A DNA stretch of 63,857 nt, filler included, from Reticulomyxa filosa (GCA_000512085.1; 17 parts of 17 records of this genome joined end to end with filler, not necessarily neighbours in it); one strand, 5' to 3'. Shown: positions 25,435 to 40,025, numbered from the whole stretch's first letter. Notes: generated by a model from the sequence alone, not told the origin. Numbers and translations are program-made.

Positions 25435-26115
25435 TTGTTGAAATTGTCAAAAGATCCACCAAAAGATAATAAAGTGATTTGGCAAATCCTTCAAAATTTG
25501 AAAGGAAGTTGTATTTTGATTAGCCATGTTAATGCATCCCAAATATCTTGCAACAAACGAAGATATTCTCAACGCATATATACGTACTATAGGTGTACAT
25601 ATATATTTATATATATATTTTTTTTTTACCTTACAAAAAAAAAAAAAAAAATTTGAAATCATATATATACATACATATTTTATATACACGATATTAATTT
25701 GTGTGTTATATTTGGCACAGAAGTGGAAACGCTCTCTTTCACGAAAGACGACGACATAATTGAAATAACAGATATTGGCGGTGCAAAATATGGACAGAAA
25801 AAATGGGTCAGTTATATAAAGGACAAACCATATATAATATTTGTAGTGGCTTTGGATCATTACAATGCAGTTTTGTCCGAATGCAATACTAGCAATGCGA
25901 TGCATGAAGCGTTAGACGTATTTTCAGAGTATGTAAATGCGTCGGAATTTCAAAACTCTGGTTTACAAAAAAAAACAAACAAATAAACAAACTGGCCACA
26001 TCCCATATTGATGTTGTTTTCTTTAGACATAATCCTGTTTTTTACCAATGCCTTGTTTTTCAGAATCCTTTTTAATAAGATAGCGAGTGTTCTGGATAGA
26101 TTTGAAATGTTTTGA
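25435..26115 (+). pseudogene. Degenerate heterotrimeric G-protein alpha subunit fragment
   Basis: EDILNAYIRTIG (switch I-like), ITDIGGAKYGQKKW (switch II-like), IIFVVALDHYN, NAMHEALDVF, DIILFF. No P-loop is found, the catalytic Arg and Gln and the NKxD motif are missing, and the 5' part is frameshifted. Confidence 0.65.
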
Positions 26116-26519
26116 AATGAGTTTGATCACAATAAAGCGATAAAAAAATATATATAAATATGACCATACTAAACAGATTGAATGAAACAACAAAAAAATT
26201 GATGTACTCTCTTGACTGTGAAGATAAATGTACATGTCAATCTGAATGTTACCAATGTCAGGAGAGACCACAATAGGAAAGCAAATTTGTTTTGGCCGCG
26301 ATGACAACATCTTTTTTTCGAATAGTATTGTTTTGGGTGTATNNNNNNNNNNNNNNNNNNNNNNNNNNNNNNNNNNNNNNNNNNNNTTAATTAATTAANN
26401 NNNNNNNNNNNNNNNNNNNNNNNNNNNNNNNNNNNNNNNNNNATATATATGTATATATAATAATGTCAATAACAACCACACACACATACACACGCTTAAG
26501 TTGAAATCAATTACCAATA

Positions 26520-28105
26520 ACAAATAAATAACGTACACATAGCAATGGAAAGAGACGGGTTCTTGTTTCGATTGACAACGGACAATCCAAATGATCTCTG
26601 GAATATAATGAACGAGGCGATTCACAAGATAAAAGATGAAAAGCTCTCCAATCAAAGTGCAGGATTGGTGGTGAACTCCGTCGCCGTGCAGGAAATAATG
26701 TCGAAGCCCACAAATCAAAACGTATTGCTGCCCAAATTTTTGGAGCTTTCCCAGCTATGCAAGTCCGTCATTGGCGTGAGGCTGCAGCCCAATCAGAAAT
26801 CACAAATCGTCGAGCTTGTCAAAATGGCCACGCAAAATATCACTTTGGCCGTTGGAGATGGAGCCAATGACGAGCCTATGATCCGAGCGGCCAATGTTGG
26901 AGTGGGCATTGCTGGTTTGGAAGGAACTACGGCTGTGCGTGCTGCTGATTATGCAATTGCCAAAGTTTACTATTTTTTTTTTATTCAGTCTTATTTTTTT
27001 TAAAAAAAAAAAAAAAAAAAAAAAGTTCAAATTTTTGGATCGATTGCTATTCGTTCATGGCAGACTGCATTATCGCCGTATCACCACGTTAATATGCTAC
27101 ATTTTTTATAAAAATGGGCTATTGTCGTTATCGTCATTTTGGTTTGGCTTTTTCAATGGATTTTCTGGTCAAGTTAAGAAGTCCTAATGTGTATTACATA
27201 TCTTTTTTTTTTTTTTTTTGCGACTTGAAGAAGAAGAAGAAGAAGAAGAAGAGGAAGGGATTGACACATGTCTTCCAACATTATGTTGTGTTACACTTGC
27301 AATACAAAAGATAATGTATTTGGAATGGGCTTATCAACTATATAATGTCGTATTCACGGCAGTACCGATATTGCTATTTGCGGTGATCGACAAGAACCAT
27401 ATAGAATTCCATGAACCTTTGGCATATGCTCGAAACATGGGCGGCAAACGGTTCACGTGGCTTATATTTTGTGGATGGATTTTAGATTCGTTATTTGAGT
27501 CATGCATTTTAACACTGCTCCCATTTTGGTGCTTTTCTTCTGTTACATCTCCAGATAATAGCGGCCAATCTTATGGCTTGTGGTCGTTTGGAGTTGTTGC
27601 CTACACTGCCATTGTATTTTGTGCAAATTTCAGACTAGCATTTATTACCGTTAAATTTTATATACATGCATTTATGTATATGTGTGCGTGTGTATATAAC
27701 ATATATGATATGTGTAATATTATAAACAAATTCGTGTTATTGAAATGTGTGACTTGTAAAAATATATCTATGAATATGTAGACGGTATGGACAGGTTGGA
27801 TGGTGTTCGTACTAGTAGGATCGATTGCTGCTTATTTTGGCTCAATGATTGTTCTCAACTTGACTTCGGCGTTCGCTGATGCCGGTGCTGATTATTATTG
27901 GGTTGTATTCAGGGTGCTGGCCACACGTTCGTTTTTTTTTTTTTGTTGTGTTTATTTTTATGTCACAAATGTATTCTTGTTTTGTTTTTTAGCACGCTAT
28001 TGGCTCACAACGCTGCTGACAGTGATTGTGGCACTGTTTATTCCGTTTTCGTGTGTGGCATTTAAGCAAGCCAGAAAAATCCGACACAGACCAAAACATA
28101 GCTAG
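26520..28105 (+). CDS. P4-type ATPase (phospholipid flippase), C-terminal part
   Basis: RLQPNQKSQIV, TLAVGDGANDEPMI, VGVGIAGLEG, ADYAIAK/FKFLDRLLFVHGR, YIFYKN, GFSGQ, YNVVFTAVP, followed by TM helices. Confidence 0.95.
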
Positions 28106-28765
28106 GATCATATAAAGTGAATTTGTGTTTATTCGTTTTCCTTCCACATCGGCATCTTCATAAATGCCAAAATCAAATTGAGGTGCCCCAGGGAACACTT
28201 TGGGTTGGCGAAAGAAGAAAGTAAGGATTTTAATGTGTTAATCCTTTTGGGTCGTTTCATAATCGGCCATATGTGTTGCTTCTTTTTTTTCCTTCGAGAC
28301 GACATTGGGTGTGATTTTTATGAAATCATGCTTCAATATAATGATCAATGTTCCTCTCAATCCAATTCTCTCGAGAAAATTTTTAAAAATATCTGGATTG
28401 CTCAAAAAAAATTCTTAACCTTGTTTTCACATCAAAGAATGAACACTTGAAATTTAATTGTTTGTTACATCCCTACACCACTATCGTAGCTACAACATAA
28501 ATTAATTTTTTAAGAACCAAAAACATCTATCTAGTTGCTAGCTCGGGAACGAAATTTGGTTTTTTTCTTACTATTTATTTAGTTGTTCTAATTGCGTTTA
28601 TAAAACAGAAACATAGCAAAAAGGAAAAATTTGTTAATCCCAATTTAAGATGCACACTATTTAAAATTTTCTTTTTTTGACCAAAGGATCAAAAATAATT
28701 AAGGTCAAAAAGGAAATTCTAAACACAAGCACCAATGCACCATTAGTTAATAGACACAGTCGTTT

Positions 28766-29990
28766 TTATTTAGTTTCATTATCTAAACCCTCTTTCAAAA
28801 TCATGATGAAGTTCCACACTTCTTCAAAAGTGTTGTATAAAGGATTTGGAGCAATTCGAATGACGTTGGGTTGGCGGATGTCACACACAACACCTTTCTT
28901 GGAAATGTATTCATGTACCTTTTTTTTTTTTTATTTGTTTGTATATTATTTTTTATTTGCAAAATAAATAAAAAAAACAAATTGATAAAAAGATCACAAC
29001 ATACTTTGGTGACACTTCGATCAAATACTAATGACAGTTGACAACCTCGTTGATTGGGATCAGAAGGAGTGATAATAGTGACATGTTTTGACAAATATTG
29101 GTGGATCAAAACTTCCAAATATCTTGTCAAACGCAGTGATTTGCACCTAAGGAAGTACAGCATATGAATGTATATGTACATACATATATGTATATATCAT
29201 ATTTACATAGGACATAATTAGAGATATATTGTGTCAAACAATCACAAGTACCCAAACACAAACCTCAAGTTATGTACTCCAGCTTCTCGGAAGATTTCCA
29301 AGGCTCCTTCCAAACAAATGACAGGAAAAATGGTGGATTGCTGAGCCTCCACGACTGAGCACCAGAAATGCAACATGAACCGAGCTATGCATGTTAATTT
29401 TATCTGATTCTTTTTGTCCCCACCAACCCTTCAGCTGTTTCAGTTTTGTATTGTGGTGTTTTTCATGAACAAATATTCCTGCCATGCCCCCGGCACCACC
29501 ATTCAAATACTTGTATCCGCACCACGTAGCAAAGTCCACTCCCCACTCATGCAATTTCATCGGGACATTGCCAATGGCATGAGCGCAGTCAAACCCCACC
29601 ATAATCTCGTATTCCTGCGTCACACACCAACAAGTAATTATATCAAGTAATCTTTTTATTTCAAAGCACACATATCGTACAAACAGGCTACAAAACATGG
29701 GCTTTTTTAGTAATTTTTTCCATTTCAAACCATTGGCCTGTATAATATTGAACCGCGCCCAGCCAGATGAGTGCGATGCTGTCCTTATGTTCATCGATCA
29801 ATTGGAGGATATCATCCGTTCGAATAATCTCCTCCTTGTCTCTGGGCGTCAACTCGATTAAACTCTTTTCGACGCTCAAATTGTGCAACTCGATCTGCGA
29901 TCGTACCACATGGTGGTCGCTGCAAAACGCTTGGCCTTCCATTACTATTTTATAGCGACTTGGCGTAGGTTGATAAAACGACACCTTTGG
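28766..29990 (-). CDS. KYNU: Kynureninase (PLP-dependent), 5'-truncated
   Basis: FYQPTPSRYKI, AFCSD, VQYYTGQ, GFDCAHAIGNVP, LHEWGVDFATWCGYKYLNGG, RGCQLSL, GVVCDIRQPNVIRIAPNPLYNTF. Confidence 0.95.
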
Positions 29991-32900
29991 CAATTGTGAC
30001 ACGAATTTTTTTTTAACACTTTTGATGCTCAAAAAAATTGTTAAACAATAATTGTTTACATGAAGGAGGGGCGGAAGGAGAGGGAACAAAAAAAAAAAAA
30101 AAAAAAAAAAAAGGGAAAATTTTTTTTTTTTNNNNNNNNNNNNNNNNNNNNNNNNNNNNNNNNNNNNNNNNNNNNTTAATTAATTAANNNNNNNNNNNNN
30201 NNNNNNNNNNNNNNNNNNNNNNNNNNNNNNNAAAAAAAAAAAAAAAAAGAAGAATATATTTCAAAGTATTCTCTTACACTTTACCAACTGCCTTCATTCA
30301 CCATGTGGTAAATCATTCTTCTATCAACAATTTGCCACTAATCTTGCTTTTCAACAACTTTCACACAATAAAATGAAAAGTTATTAGTTTCAAAGGCATC
30401 AAACATGAAGAAATGAAACTTTTAGTTTCACATTGCGATGTTTTTTCATTTTACTGAAATTTTGATAAATAAAATTAACAATTATCTCAAAAAAAAAATG
30501 TGACAACATTTAGTACGATTCTTTCACAAGCGTAATTAATTTCAATATTTATTTTCGTTCAGAACGCAAAAACTATGAAGAGGTCGTCAACGCAATCATT
30601 AAAACTTTATTAAAATGGATGAAAGAGAAAGAAATAGTATGATTTTATTGATGAAAGTTTTGCCATTGTTTTTGACTACGCTTGTGCATTTTCTTGTAAG
30701 GAATATCTTTCAAAACAAAAACCAACATTCGTATTGTTATATCAATCTAAAAATGTTTAAATTTTTAGAATGATCAAACTAAAAAAAAGACGAATGGCCA
30801 TGACAAAGTGAACATAAACAAATACAAAACAAAAATAGAAACCGTTTTTCAAGCATTGATACTTTGACGTTGAAAAAGGTGAGTTTGTGTTCGAAGAAAA
30901 AGTATAACATTAAGCTAAAAAGGAGAACACCCGAATTAGAAATAATATACTAGCAATATTATCTTTCATTCGAATTTCTCCAACACAAAACAATTTCTAA
31001 AAAAACAAAAGGCGTGTGTACGTATATGTTTAAATATATGAACAGACTCAATATTGTTTTAAAAAAAAGTTTAAAAGCATAGTGTGTACAAATGAATACA
31101 TTTGAAACACATATATCTTTTTTTTGTTTATTTGTAAAATATTGAGGAAAAAGAAGAAATGACACTAATAAACAAGCAACAAAGCAAATAAAAATTATTT
31201 AATATTTCTTTGTGTTGTTTCATGAATGCCATTTCCTTGGTTGCTCTTTGCTAGTTCAATCACTAAATAACAATTGTAATCGTAGTTTGATATGATCGGT
31301 TAGCGAACAATTGATGGATTGAACGAATAGACAAACAAATGGATAACTCTATGTATGAACGAATAAAAAAATGAGTAAATGAATGTGGAGTGCAAATTGT
31401 AGTGATCAGTCAATCTATTAATGTAATTGGAGCGTGTGCGGATGAACAGAGTGAGACAATTTGAGAATAGTTAATTATATTGAATATGTGCTTAGATAAT
31501 TGTCACTGTTGAAATGTAGTTAATGTCGAACATGTTCCAAAACGAGTCGAACTTGGTTTTTATGTGACTCCATGATAGCCGATTAATCAATATATTTGAT
31601 ATTGAGATATCTCGATTGGATGGACGAAATGACGCATTGCTACGAATTGTGTGTTTGACTGGATGACAATATAACAAACAATAATATCAGATGCAAGATT
31701 AACGTCATAAATATGCTTTTGTTGATTTCAATGGTATGTGCTCAATGGGAGCAAAGATAACATATGAACTATTGACGTTGACTTTAAATGATACATAACA
31801 TTAGTTAATATCAATGTTTGGTTTTGCATCTTGTTGTTTTAGAATAAACGACAACGTATTGCTATGCCAAATACATCCATGATATTTTGTGCAATGGAGT
31901 ACATCGACATGAATTAATTGTTATGGTGCTAATATGCATAATAAATAAGCGTACACCAATATTATTATACAAAAATGGGACAACTGTAGGTTAATATAAT
32001 ATACAGACTTGACTTCAGGAGAAGATCAAACGTTTACTTTTTTTTTTTTTGTCATTTGCTGGGCTTTTTTCTCAATTGAATGATCTTTTGGTTAACTATT
32101 TATCAGCACATCATATAAATATATACACACATTTATATGTACTTAAATATTGTTTACATTCTTATGTTCACTTGTAAATACACACACAAATAAATAAAGA
32201 CAGATTGATACCAATATGAAATGAACAATGTAAGATCAAGATTCAACAGCCAAATATCCATCAAATAATTACAAGTTATTTTACACCAAAGAAATAACAT
32301 TAACCATATCAAATAGCAATTCATATATCGATGTAGAAGTATGCAAATGAGTATGAATAAAACCATAATATACACCACATGATATCGATATTGTATATAG
32401 AATGGGACTTTGAATGATAATAATAAAATGAAATATAATGACGATGACAACGATAGATGAAACTTGTAACGAATAGTTTAGTCGCTTGTATAAATTGTTT
32501 ATCTTTATTTTATCATTTGCTTGATTTCAAATCTATTCATGCACATGCCCAAACATGTATATGTATACGTTTACTTGCACGTACAAATAATGATATATAC
32601 ATACCGTCATGAAAACAAAAAATGACAAAATTGCATGTTGTCTAATGTTTTCAATATCTTAATCATGTGTTCGATCAAGGGAATCTAAGATTACAATGAA
32701 TAATAATAATAATAATAATAAAACAAATGAATAATGCCACCATCTTGCATCGTCCAAATACTTTTGGCTCTATCTTTTTTTTTGACGTTGTCATTTTTTG
32801 TCTTGTTTTATTTGAATGGTGCAGTATATATGGGATCGATAAAAATGGGATAAGGATCTTGATGTCAATGAATGGATATCCAGACGCCATAATACAAATG

Positions 32901-35499
32901 GAATGGCAATAGCACTATGCATAGTAACATTTCGATTGATGGATTGAACTGAATTGAAGCAATGGAATTAGATCGAGTAGGTGATAAAGCGATTAAAATG
33001 GTTTTTGGAGTGAATCGGATTGCCAGTGATAATCAATTATATTAATATTGGAGGCCGAGTAGGATCGCATGGATTGGTATATTTTTAAATTTCAATTATC
33101 ATTTCTAGGACATTGAATTTCAAAAAATATCTTAGAATGAGAAGGCAAGAGGAGGAAGTGAACAGGAACACCTTGTCTGTAACAAAACACATAGTAGTAT
33201 CAGCGTGTTTATATATTCCATAACAACCTGATACAAACAATGACAAAGAAAGTTACTTAAATTTTGTGGCTCATCCTTTGTTCTGGTATTCTTGCACTAT
33301 GCTTTTTTTGCACTTTTATCCTATTCATATTACACAAAAGTTAACATGCAAATAGACACCAATACAAACAATAATATTTCATTTGATTTTTTTTTTTTTT
33401 TTTTTTTGAAAATAGATAAATAAAAGAAGATAATCGACTTAAATGGTTTGATGGATTCAAGCTGCACGTTTGACAAGGTATTCCACTGTTACTTTCTCCT
33501 CTAATATTCTCTTCTTTTTTTTCTAAATTCACTTCCTAGATTACTGTTATTGTTTTAATTATATTATTTTTTTAAAAAATATGGTGCTATCCAATGCAAT
33601 CGCAACCCGATCCCCCTTTATTTTTGTTTCTTCATTATCATCTTTCAATCCAACTCACTCAAATGTTATGTTATCTACACCTAATTCAATCTAATCCAGT
33701 TTAATTAATCTACTAATCAATCCAATCCAAAGTAATTCTCAACCATCAATGAAAGATACACAAATGTTCCAATGCCTTGTGGTCGAGTGCTTGTCGCTAC
33801 AGTTCCGTCTGGTATTCGATCCGACCATCCTTAATGTGCGTCCTTTTTTTTTTTTGTACAATCATATCCCAAAGCTATACAATTACAAAATTATTTCCCA
33901 AATTGCTTTATCTAGCAGGTAGCAAAATATCTTGATCGTTGCGATTCCCTTTCCACTTCATACTCATTTTGACTACATTGTTTTCAGCTATGATACATAC
34001 ACACCAAGTCATAAAGTTGTATTGTTTTATGTATTTTCTCCAACAAATAAAAAACATTAACGAAAATAGTGTCAAACTTACAATGTCATCCATTGCACAA
34101 TGTAGTATATATATCTTCGCACAACGACATGACTAGTGCCAGGACCAATGCTGGAGAAAGTGTGCGTAATGGATTCAAGACGATATTTATGATGCGTTTT
34201 TACACTGTTTCGAACATTGGTCCCTTTTCTCGTCTGCATCATGACTTCGTCGTCTTTAAATACCACAAAGTCCTCGATATATCTGCAAGCGAAACGATTT
34301 GTCTTGTCGTCGATATCTTGCTTTGTTGGATTTTGCTCCATTTGCAAACTATGCTTTGATGGCAAATATACAAATTATAACACAAGTAGGTATTTATATA
34401 TTATGTGTCCAAATAAAGCAAATATATTTGTGACATACCTTTTTTTCCCGTCACGAACTTAAAGATGAACAGCGAGCTTCGGACTCCAATTCAAATGGTA
34501 TTGTGTCCATCGTCGCCAATGTTCATTTGCATCGAAGCAAATCGAAAACGAAAAAAAAATATTGCAATCCAAGTCGCAGTTGTAATGTTTGGACTCGACA
34601 ATAGCTCTTAACACCACGAAATTGCTGAATATCACGTATCTTTGCATATATCAAATGCAATTCTCTATTCGCTCAACAATTGCAATATATCTTTGAATAC
34701 CATTATGCAAAGGCATTTATCATTTGCATTGCGCTCCATTTTTTTTTTTTTTGCAATCGTTGTAATTGTCGTGGATTTAGCCGATCTATTTTCTTGTGTC
34801 ACATGCAATAACGGCTAAACCAATGACCGCAGTTCAGTCAAATCGATTTGGCTTGTCCCATACCTTTCCACGACATGCAATAACAAAAAAAAGTGTAATG
34901 ATCTGTTGTCACATAGATAAGCCAACACAAATACATCTGATCAAATGAACAGTTCCAATCGTATTGAACATTGATCGAAATGATGATTTTGAAAGACTCA
35001 TTTTTGTCTCGCAAATGTGTCCTTCAACCTTCACACAGCTTTGCAATCTCTTTGACGTATACAATACACTCCATTATTTGCAATTGTCGAGATTTGCTAT
35101 CATACTCTGTGTCCGCATCCACGCTTTGATATATGTCCAAATACCAATCAGGTAAGTGTGAGTCTATTTATTTAACGAACAAAAGAAANNNNNNNNNNNN
35201 NNNNNNNNNNNNNNNNNNNNNNNNNNNNNNNNTTAATTAATTAANNNNNNNNNNNNNNNNNNNNNNNNNNNNNNNNNNNNNNNNNNNNTTATTCTTGTAA
35301 ATAATTTGTACTATTTTTACACTTTTTAACAATAAAGAAAAATTATTTATTTGTTTGTTGATTTAGATTTCAAGTAATTTTTGATTATTTATGAAAGCTT
35401 GTGTGAAAGTTGCAAGGAAAAATTATGTTAAGTACGATCAATTATTAACAATTATTTCATTTCAATCAAAAATAAATAAAGTAAAAAAAAAAATATATA

Positions 35500-36635
35500 T
35501 ACAAACGAACGAAATACTTCAACACAATCACATCACCATTAACTAATTGTTGGATGACACATGATGCATCGATCCACAAAAAATCAGAATCGAAGAATTT
35601 TTAATTAATTTCAACAGCATCGAAAGTTTTGTTTTTTTTTTTTTCAATTTGTTCAATATTTATATATATATATATATATATAATTTAATACAATGCTTAA
35701 TTCCTTTTCTCCAATGTCAGTCGACAAATAATCCATGTCATTGTATTTATTTGTCCTGATGCTCATTGGTTCTTTGTTTTTGTTTTTTGATATTTGTATT
35801 TTTATTAGTAGAAGGGGTCTCATTCTCATTGTCATCATCGCCATAGTCAAACCCGATTTCATTTGTCATTGTATTTAGCATTTGATTAGTCTCTTCCATT
35901 TCCAATTGCATTGCAATGATGAGATCAGTGTCTTTGTCTTGTTCTGTTTCTGCATTGTCATTACTATTATTGTTTGCCGCTGATTCCTTCATTACAATTC
36001 CAAACATTATCATCACACAAAGATATTTCAATTTTAATTTCAATAAAATAAAATAAAATAAATATATAAAAACATTACCATGACAATAGAGTATTCTTTG
36101 TTGACAGAAGTGTTGATTGTCTCATGAGGAAGAGAAGAAGCGTCGACCAAGGGCAAGTTTTCTCCAGCCAATTGTTGTGCCAGCAATTCATCCATATTCA
36201 GTTGATTGAATATGGCGACGATATCTTCAACTTTCTGTGGTTCCTTTGGACCAGTGTTGACGTCTTCCTCTTCATTACCATCATCATTATTGGTAGAGTG
36301 CATCTCTGTCTTTGTTTCCACTCCGCGAATGACATGCTTTATCATCACGTGTTCTTTTGTGTTACCACTGTCTTTGTTGATGTCATCATTTTCGCCGCTT
36401 CGCATTTGATTCAATTGCCCATCACCATCATTATTGTTATTATTATTGTTATTGCTGTTATCATTGCTATCACTAATATTCACACTATTCACGTGCTTTG
36501 TTTCGCTCCGCTGCTGCTCTGGACCTATCTCCATTTGAACTTGCTGTTCTACTCTTAGTCCTTCTTCTTTTGTTTCTTCCACTTTTTCTTCCTCTTCTAG
36601 CACTGGAGTTTGACACCTTTTCTTTTGCTTTTAAT
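35500..36635 (-). CDS. Acidic low-complexity protein fragment with UIM-like motifs
   Basis: Glu/Asn-rich exons containing DELLAQQLA and DTDLIIAMQLEMEE. Truncated at both linkers. Confidence 0.4.
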
Positions 36636-37538
36636 NNNNNNNNNNNNNNNNNNNNNNNNNNNNNNNNNNNNNNNNNNNNTTAATTAATTAANNNNNNNNN
36701 NNNNNNNNNNNNNNNNNNNNNNNNNNNNNNNNNNNTGTTTGTTAAGAAATTAATCGACTCTTGAACAGTAAACGGATAGACAGAAATAGAAAAAGAAAAC
36801 TAGTATCCGTGACTCGCTTGACTTTTTTGTACTGTCACGACTGACAAACATTAAACAATTTCTTTATAATTTTGTGCCAATTAATTTTTGATGAAATAAC
36901 AAAATAAAACAATTTTTCGTTTAATTGAGAGGCAAATAGATTGTATTTGCAGTAAATTTTATACGTCTATTGGATCGACAAATAATTTCGCATTGTCAGT
37001 TGTCAAACATGAGAATTACGTTTAGCTTTTATGACATCTTTATAAAACGGACAATCAACTGACAAAAACAAATTTTGAAATTCAAAATTTAATTTATTGT
37101 TATGTTTCGTGTCCAATTATTTTCTTTTAATTTCTTTTTTTAATATCTATTTTATAAAAAATATTATTGTAAATAAGAACTTCTGTAACACTTTTTTTTT
37201 GTGACATTGTCATTTTAAAAAAATGTTCATTAGAGTTTCTATGTTGATTTCAGCTAAATCTACTTTCTTTTTTGTAAAGTGACAAAATTAAACCAAACTT
37301 TGAAAGATTTACCAATCTTCATTTGTCCAATTTGTGTTCCACTTTTGTGTATTTTTTGTAAAAACAACAAAATTTGAAAATTTCAAAGATAGACTCGACT
37401 TGTCGCTCTTTCTTCTCTGTAATATTCGCATTGTTGTCAAATATATTGTGCTTCTGTTTTCCAAAAAGTTCGTTCAAAACAGTTTTTCAGAGCAATAATT
37501 TTAAAGAGATATTGTAAAAAAAACCAAAAAAGGCAACA

Positions 37539-38280
37539 ATGACCCGCATAGGCATCCCTGCGGCAATAGTATTGTTGATACTTGGCATTACTTTTTGCTG
37601 GACTCTCGCCTCTGTCGCTCTGTACTGGATATACGAAGCAAGCAAATTAGGATGGTTTCCGGTAATCAGAAACCGTTACTATATCATAGCTTTTTGGACA
37701 AACATCTGCCTACTACTGGGTTGCTACGTAGTTCATCCAGTGTGGTGTATATGGGGTTTTGTGGAACTGTTACGAGATAGCAATGACACACCTCAATTGA
37801 GACTTTTGTCCACAGTACTTTCTAATATCGCGAATACAGCATTTATTATCGCCTACTCTTGCAACGGTGTATTATTATGTTCCCGTTTGTGGTTACTGTA
37901 AGCTTTTACGTGTCAATCTTTTTTTTTTAACACAAAATATAATGATATGAAATTGGTTATACGTACCGTATAAAATCAACATTAGGTACTACAATACACA
38001 TTACAACATTGCCTTCTCTCAAGAGAGGTGGGTGGCTTGTTTAAACGAAAATGCATTGAAAGTGGGTGACTATGGACAGATGCAGTGGTTTGTGCAAGCG
38101 TTAAATAAAAACACGCTGGGTAACTCTGCATGGGTGTTCACACATATTTGCTTGCCATTGTTTGTCCTTGTGCTGATCTTGCTTGAGTCGGCTCCTTTCA
38201 TTTCTCATTTTGTGTCAAGAGTTTCCAGTGTTATACTTTTTTCTGCATTTATTGTCATCATCACAACTCTATGGTATTTT
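37539..38280 (+). CDS. Putative 7TM/GPCR-like membrane protein, N-terminal part
   Basis: Several consecutive TM helices (e.g. IVLLILGITFCWTLASVALYWI, YIIAFWTNICLLLGCYV, SRLWLL) across two exons. Truncated at linker. Confidence 0.55.
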
Positions 38281-38293
38281 TTTTTTGGAGTTC

Positions 38294-38326
<33 letters not shown>

Positions 38327-40025
38327 NNNNNNNNNNNNNNNNNNNNNNNNNNNNNNNNNNNNNNNNNNNNTTAATTAATTAANNNNNNNNNNNNNNNNNN
38401 NNNNNNNNNNNNNNNNNNNNNNNNNNACAAGGTCAAAGATGGCAAATGATAACGCAACAATATTTTTCATTTGAAAGGTCTTGTTCAAATGTTGATATGT
38501 TTAGACCTTTTTTCAAAAAAACTTTTTTTTCCCTGTTTGCCGTGAAAAGTTGTCTTAATTAAATGTATTAATTAAAAGCAATTTGTTTTGATGAAATATG
38601 TTAATTAAATTGCAAATTACAATTTATTTTTTATATAAAAGCGTGCACTTGGACAGTCGTAAAAACTCTTTTTTCCTTTTCTTGGCGAGGTCGGAGTTCT
38701 TGGGCTGGTGTTGCAGATATGTGCACGCTATTTCAATATTCGTTTCCAAATGATGCCCAGATAATCACTTTCAAATTTGGTCGTCACTATTCCACAAACG
38801 CAACATCCACGTCCAACGGGTGCCTCGACCACAACAACAACCCCACGCCAATTATCAATTAAATCAACAATTGCAATAACAATTTGCCAACATCCATCAC
38901 ACAAATCGCGACTACAAGGACTATCTACCAAATTTGTAGTTGCCCAATCACAGGCTTGGTAAAAATAAAAAATTATAGAGTCACTCGATATTATATGATA
39001 TTGCACTACAGTTACTTTCACTATACATTTCTTTCAATTAAAAATAAAAAAGATATAGAAAACTAGGGGGAAAAAATGTTGATATTGATAACAATATCAG
39101 TGTATTTTAATTTTCATATATTAAAAAAACAATGGACGACATATTAGAACTTCCGGCAATGGAGATTTGCTCAAGCCAAGCCCGCAGTGGCGACATGGGT
39201 AGCTACGACAACGCACGCACAAATAATATGATTATAGGTGCTGTTAGTGTTGTGGCAAGTGGCGAAAATTATAATGTGGATGTTTCTAAGGGCAATGCCA
39301 AAATATTTTCTCACGATATGACTGTCGTGAATGTTATATTGTTTTTGCATACGCAAATGCGACAAACGATTGGACATTCAAAACGAGTTATGTTGGTATC
39401 AAATGCGCCCAAGATGTTGTACAAAACCAAAAGTGCTTTATCAATGGTGGTTGTAATTGCACCCAGTTGGCAAAACTTGCAATTATTATTGGAAGAACGT
39501 CATTGTGTTTTGGATTATCTCTCTATAGCCATTGCGTCAATTTTATCACGTGGCTCAATGGGTCGAGAGTGTTGAACTCAGTGGCCACATACAATGGCCA
39601 ACACATGGCAAAGTACAAAAGGAAGACCCACCACGACGATGGCGACTTACGCAGCAACAACAAACGGCCAATCACAGCAATTCAAACAAGGCCAATTGGT
39701 ATGTCTCCAACAATTCTCTTGATATACGTATATTTATATGTACATACTTTTTGTCTTTTTGAACAAATACATAAAAGCAATGTATAGTTGTGTTATTGTA
39801 TACGTGGTACACATTACAGAANNNNNNNNNNNNNNNNNNNNNNNNNNNNNNNNNNNNNNNNNNNNTTAATTAATTAANNNNNNNNNNNNNNNNNNNNNNN
39901 NNNNNNNNNNNNNNNNNNNNNTGTGTGTGTGTGTGTGTGTGTGTATTTACTTGTTATTTTGCCTTGTCAGCAGAAACATGAGAAGGAACAAAGACTATTC
40001 TCGTATATGTATATATTAATGTACA

